Shown here: piece after piece, positions 59,470 through 64,000 of the stretch | Layout of the letters: each line of letters begins with the position of its first letter | Position numbering within the stretch: the stretch's first letter is position 1 | NCBI GenBank assembly: GCA_963921275.4 | Contig: OZ001293.3 | Span: 992,001-1,056,000 of the forward strand | Reading direction: 5' to 3' | DNA length: 64,000 bases | Source of the DNA: an uncultured Hormoscilla sp. | Lineage (GTDB): Bacteria; Cyanobacteriota; Cyanobacteriia; Cyanobacteriales; Desertifilaceae | Position numbers and translations under genes: made by a program | The notes under the pieces: model-generated | Databases searched by the model: none | Told to the model about the DNA's origin: nothing | Seen by the model: only the letters and a program-made list of their open reading frames with translations

Positions 59470-62199
59470 GTGACTCAAGAATTTCATCTTTCTGTGACCC
59501 CGGTGGGAGCAGATACCTATTTAGTGCGGACGGAACAGGTGGCTCGTGGCGTGCCACTGGCAGAAGAGCAAGTTGTCTGGCCAGTTTCTGATTGGTTAAA
59601 TCGGGCTCGTCAACTCTATTTAGACCCAATACAGGGCTGGCTAGAGACCCCTGTATTATCAAACTCAGAACCCGCTCTCCCTGTAGCCCCCTCGGGGGCA
59701 CGACCTCATTTATTGTCTCTGGGTCAGCAGCTCTATGAGGCTTTGTTTCAGGGGACTATTCGCGATAGTTGGCTGATCGCTGGGGTGCTGGCCCAGGACC
59801 GGGGCGAAAAGCTGCGGCTGCGGTTGGGACTGAAAACGTCCGATCGCGTAGCGTGCGCTCCGCGCAATCGATGTCTCCTGGGTAGTACGAATAGTGCTTC
59901 CAGGAGACATCGAAGCTGTTTGGCTCGCTTGCCTTGGGAGGTGCTCCATGATGGCTCTCGCCCTCTTGCTACTGGCACGGATGTGGTGTTTTCTCGCTAT
60001 CATCCGGTACATATCTCTTCATTTAATGGCTCTTCCGATCGCGAGTTATCGGCAGATCCCTTAAAGATTTTAATGGTGATCGCGGCCCCGAGCGATCAGG
60101 AAACTCTGGAGCTGGAACGGGAAGCCCGCAATTTGCAAGCGGAACTGCAACTGGCGAATGGGTCTGTTGGCCAAATTCAACTGACTATCTTAGCTCAGGC
60201 GGACCGGGAGCAATTGACTCAAGCCTTGGAACAAGGGAAATATGATGTTTTTCACTACGCGGGCCATAGTAACCTGGGGGTGTCTGGGGGAGAGATTTAT
60301 CTGGTCAGCGGCAGAACTGGTCTGACGGAAAGGTTAACTGGGGACGACCTGGCGGGGTTGCTAGTTAATAATGGTATCCACGTAGCGGTGTTTAATTCCT
60401 GCCGCAGTGCTGATGGGGTGGCCGAGAGGGGCGATCGCAATTTGGCAGAAATCCTAGTCTTGCGGGGTATTCCGGGGGTGTTGGCCATGGCCGAACGCAT
60501 TCCCGATCAAGTGGCCCTCACTCTCAGCCAGCTGCTTTACCGCAACCTCAAGCAGGGCTATCCGATTGATTTGAGCCTGTCTCGTGCTAGACAGGGACTG
60601 ATTTCTGCTTACGGTTCTCATCAGCTGTACTGGGCTTTGCCTATCCTTTACCTCCAGCCTGGGTTTGACGGTTGTCTTACCTCCAACGGCTCCCGAGAAT
60701 GGGATTGTCTGTCTGCTGAACCAGAAGATCAAATGTCCGATGGGACGATTCTGCCAGATGGCGATCGCACCAAAGAACTTGGCTTATACCAGGAGGCGGT
60801 CTCTGGCAAGGATAATGATTTACTGGCTGACAACAATTTAGGCTTGACCTTATATAGTCAAGGACCTATTCATGATGCGATCGGGGTCAAGCAGCTAGCT
60901 GCTTCGATGTCTCTTGGGAGCACCTCGTTCCCAGGCTCTGCCTGGGAACGTACTACCCAGGAGACATCGCTAGCTAATCTGAATTTTGCTGATGCCCATT
61001 ATAACTTGGGGGTGGCTTTTTACGAACAAGGACAGCTCGAACAGGCGATCGCCTCTTACCTCAAGGCGATCGAAATTAATCCTGACTTCGCTGATGCTCA
61101 CAATAATTTGGGCATAGCTTTCTATGAGCTGGGACGCATTGATGAGGCGATCGCCGCTTACCAGCAGGCTCTTGTAATTGACCCCCTCCACGGTAATGCT
61201 AACTATAACTTGAATCTCGCCCGCCTGTCTGGATCCAGACTCTCAGTTGCTGCGCCCACTAAGAGTCTGGATCCTCAAGCAGAACAATTGTCAGCTGTTC
61301 TGGAGAGTGGGAATGAGAATTTATCTCAAGAGCAAATCTCAATTGAGAGTAAGTTTTTGAAATGGCTGTGCTTGGGCATGGGGGTAACTGCTTTATTTTT
61401 GTTCTTCGGGTTGTTTCGCTGGCAGCCTAGTTCCCGGTTGGACCCACTACCTCCCTACCTGGATCCCCCTCCTGCTTCGATGTCTCCGGAGAGCGCTAGG
61501 AGCACTACTTCGGAGACATCGAATGCTAATTCTGACTCTTCTAATGATAACATAAATATTACAGATCGCGCCGCTCAACTTTTCCGTGAGGGTAAGATCG
61601 ACCTCGGGTCAACTGAGGTGGAAAAACTCTTAGACTCGGGCGTGCTCAACTTTGCTTTGGCAGCGATCGCTGCCGTGCCCAAAGACCAAATTAATCACCC
61701 TCGCATCAGTTATCTTCGGGGCCGACTGGCATGGCAGCAGATCCAACAAGGGAACAGCAACTACAGCTTGGACGATGTGCGACGTTTCTGGGAATGGGCC
61801 GCCAAGCAGGAAGGGGATAACCCTATTTATTACAATGCTCTTGGTTTTGCTTATTATGCTCTTGGTAATCTGGATCCAGCTTACTATAGCTGGATCCAGG
61901 TACTGGAGTTGATTAAAAATTCCCAACTACCTGACCAAAAAACACAACAAGTTTGCCCTGTTAATCAAGATGGATTGACTGCTTGTGCTGGGTTAGCTCT
62001 TGTGCTTTTCAAATCTGCCCAGAACCTACCCCTCGACCAACAGGATCCTTTGCTCGATCGGGCTCAAGCCTTGCACCAGCAGGTAATCCAGGCCGATCGG
62101 AGCAATTTTCAGCCCTTGGCCTTAGCTAAAAATAACTGGCTCTGGACCGAAACCGCCATCGCTGATTGGCGATCGCTATTTGTTGAGAATGAGAATTAA
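59470..62199 (+). CDS. hetF: HetF-like CHAT-domain protease with TPR repeats
   Basis: MTQEFHLSVTPVG...VPLAEEQV.WPV..WL, HYAGHS and VFNSC catalytic motifs, LYWALP.LY. Contains three in-frame micro-element insertions. Confidence 0.88.
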   Translation: MTQEFHLSVTPVGADTYLVRTEQVARGVPLAEEQVVWPVSDWLNRARQLYLDPIQGWLETPVLSNSEPALPVAPSGARPHLLSLGQQLYEALFQGTIRDSWLIAGVLAQDRGEKLRLRLGLKTSDRVACAPRNRCLLGSTNSASRRHRSCLARLPWEVLHDGSRPLATGTDVVFSRYHPVHISSFNGSSDRELSADPLKILMVIAAPSDQETLELEREARNLQAELQLANGSVGQIQLTILAQADREQLTQALEQGKYDVFHYAGHSNLGVSGGEIYLVSGRTGLTERLTGDDLAGLLVNNGIHVAVFNSCRSADGVAERGDRNLAEILVLRGIPGVLAMAERIPDQVALTLSQLLYRNLKQGYPIDLSLSRARQGLISAYGSHQLYWALPILYLQPGFDGCLTSNGSREWDCLSAEPEDQMSDGTILPDGDRTKELGLYQEAVSGKDNDLLADNNLGLTLYSQGPIHDAIGVKQLAASMSLGSTSFPGSAWERTTQETSLANLNFADAHYNLGVAFYEQGQLEQAIASYLKAIEINPDFADAHNNLGIAFYELGRIDEAIAAYQQALVIDPLHGNANYNLNLARLSGSRLSVAAPTKSLDPQAEQLSAVLESGNENLSQEQISIESKFLKWLCLGMGVTALFLFFGLFRWQPSSRLDPLPPYLDPPPASMSPESARSTTSETSNANSDSSNDNINITDRAAQLFREGKIDLGSTEVEKLLDSGVLNFALAAIAAVPKDQINHPRISYLRGRLAWQQIQQGNSNYSLDDVRRFWEWAAKQEGDNPIYYNALGFAYYALGNLDPAYYSWIQVLELIKNSQLPDQKTQQVCPVNQDGLTACAGLALVLFKSAQNLPLDQQDPLLDRAQALHQQVIQADRSNFQPLALAKNNWLWTETAIADWRSLFVENEN

Positions 62200-62371
62200 A
62201 AATTGAGAATTGCTTCGAGTATTCCCTCGTTCCCTGTCTCTGGCAGAGAACGCGATCTTGAGGCTCTGCGGACAGTCAGATATCCACGGGAATATCTGTA
62301 GTTGATGCCACTTGATAAAAGACAAAGTTACTGTTACAATATTTAATAGGAGAGAGCAGGAGTTAGTGAGA

Positions 62372-62598
62372 ATGTCAGAGAAACTAATAGCCGACTTGAC
62401 AGTAGACGAACTCAAAGCTTTGATTGCAGAGGTGATAGACGAGCGCATGAGGTACTGGCCAAAATTTGAGCCAGTGGTAGACAAAGTGGCTTTGAAGAAA
62501 ACTTTGGAGTCGATCGACAGCCATATGTGGACACGCTGACGCTACCACCAGGAGCGCGCTCGACGCTGGAAATGTTACGTGAGGATAGAGGCAGATAA
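62372..62598 (+). pseudogene. Antitoxin-like gene, broken near 62537
   Basis: IADLTVDELKALI...PPGARSTLEMLREDR. TAA overlaps the toxin ATG. Confidence 0.65.
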
Positions 62599-62990
62599 TG
62601 GCAACTTATGTAGTTGATACCAGTGTAGTGTTCAGCGTTTCATCATAGAGCAATACACAGGTGCGGGTATTGTTGGAGCGGATGCATCAAGGCGATCAGT
62701 TATATATTCCTGAGTTTTGTACGAGCGAGTGCGTCAAGGTTTTGTGGAAGAATGTTCGCTTTCAAGGACTGCCACAGACAGATGCAGAGCAATTTATTGA
62801 TGAACTGTTGGCTCTAACGTTTCAGATTGTACCAGTCAAGTATCTACTTTTGCAGGCTTTGCAAATTGGCTTGACTCGTCAATTGGCAGTGTACGATTCC
62901 CTTTATATTGCTTTGGCTTTAAAGCTGAATTGCCCATTAATTACAGTAGACGATCGTTAAGCAGCGGCGGCGGCAGAAAACGGTGTTACC
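62598..62990 (+). pseudogene. vapC: VapC/PIN-domain toxin, frameshifted and with a premature stop
   Basis: YVVDTSV...E...L.VYDSLYIALA..L.CPLIT.D. Confidence 0.8.
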
Positions 62991-62998
62991 CTAGTATG

Positions 62999-63839
62999 CT
63001 ATCGCCGCCCCAGTAGCAAACTAATACCTACAAGAGCAAAAGTCAATAAGCCAGCCGTAGATTCTGGTACAGACTTGGGAGAGAAGACAACCTTACCAAA
63101 AATCTGGACATTAATATCTGAGGACTTGTTCCACCCGTTGCCATTGCTATCGACGGTCCCCAAGAATGTGCCCCTCGCATCAAATTCTAGAAATTGATTG
63201 TCCGCACCTTCCTGGGGCGAACCACTCAAGGTAGCGTTGGCAGCGTGGATGTAGGCAGGATAGAAAAAGTCTTGCCCTGGTACTTGACCCCCGAACACCA
63301 AAGCGATATTCTTCTCCACCGGCGATCTCCCAATTGAGATTGTTAAAATCTACTTGCCAAATATTAACTTCCTCACCAAAGTTGTTGTAGTTGGCGCCAT
63401 TGGAATAGGTGACTTAGGTGAATGTCACATTGCTGTCGTTGATAAAGTTGTCAGTCGTTGCAACTGGCGATATATCACTGCCCGACCTATCACCAGTGAA
63501 AAGGGTAACGCTTTCAAACCATTCTCCCAAATTGGCAGGGTCACTAATAGAAAGACCGGGTACTATCCAAGTGCGGATCCTGTCGATCGCATAAGTTTCG
63601 CCAGTTGTTCCTATAGTGAAATCATCACCATAGAATTCTTGGCTATTAACACCGGTGTCCCACCGGATATTAGAGCGGTTTGCGTCATTCCCGTTGAGGT
63701 TTTCTGCTGGCAGTCCCCGTGAGAACAAAAGGGCCCCATGAGCTGGCCCTGTGCTATCGGACAGTACAACTCCAGCAGCGGCGATGGTGGGGACGACTGT
63801 TGCGAGCGCTATATTTTTCCAATTCCTGACCATGTTCAA
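62999..63839 (-). pseudogene. PEP-CTERM sorting-domain secreted protein, stop at 63414 and a frameshift
   Basis: Signal peptide ending AHG/A and C-terminal VPES...TM...GRR. Confidence 0.75.
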
Positions 63840-64000
63840 AGCTCCTGAAAAAGATTTTTTACCGCAAAAGATGGTGCTGGGGTGTATATTACGGGAATCT
63901 ATGTTAAGTATTAGAGACTGATCTGTTGGAAAATCAATATTGGCATCAGTTCGGCCAGTCGGTGTGGTACCGGCGATCTTTGGTCAATTTCATCAATGAC

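Overview
Cyanobacterial chromosome segment: HIP1 octamer GCGATCGC is abundant, heptamer STRR-type repeats are present, and the housekeeping genes are cyanobacterial types (ftsZ/ftsQ, hetF-like CHAT protease, CRR6, Ycf55-like regulator, ispD). It is in heavy decay, with many frameshifted or nonsense pseudogenes, IS remnants (ISL3 x2, ISAs1, IS701, IS982, ISAzo13, ISKra4 x2, IS630) and nine group II intron copies or fragments. This suggests a filamentous, possibly host-associated lineage (inference only). The left 9.5 kb holds a split, partly inactivated extracellular contractile injection system (eCIS) locus. The most unusual signals are: (1) a family of 48-nt hairpin micro-elements (CGATGTCTCC...GGAGACATCG) that insert in-frame into genes, three times in hetF, split a HIP1 site, and nest inside one another; (2) a tandem array of ~215-bp repeats upstream of the eCIS spike gene, each carrying a near-consensus sigma70 promoter that points into a variable, partly hairpin-forming spacer; (3) ORF-less group IIB introns whose EBS1 loops have diversified and match their different insertion sites; (4) a single NsiR1-like sRNA with a TCCGGA (DIF1-type) promoter upstream of hetF. 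All calls were made by eye without database searches, and boundaries of degenerate elements are approximate.
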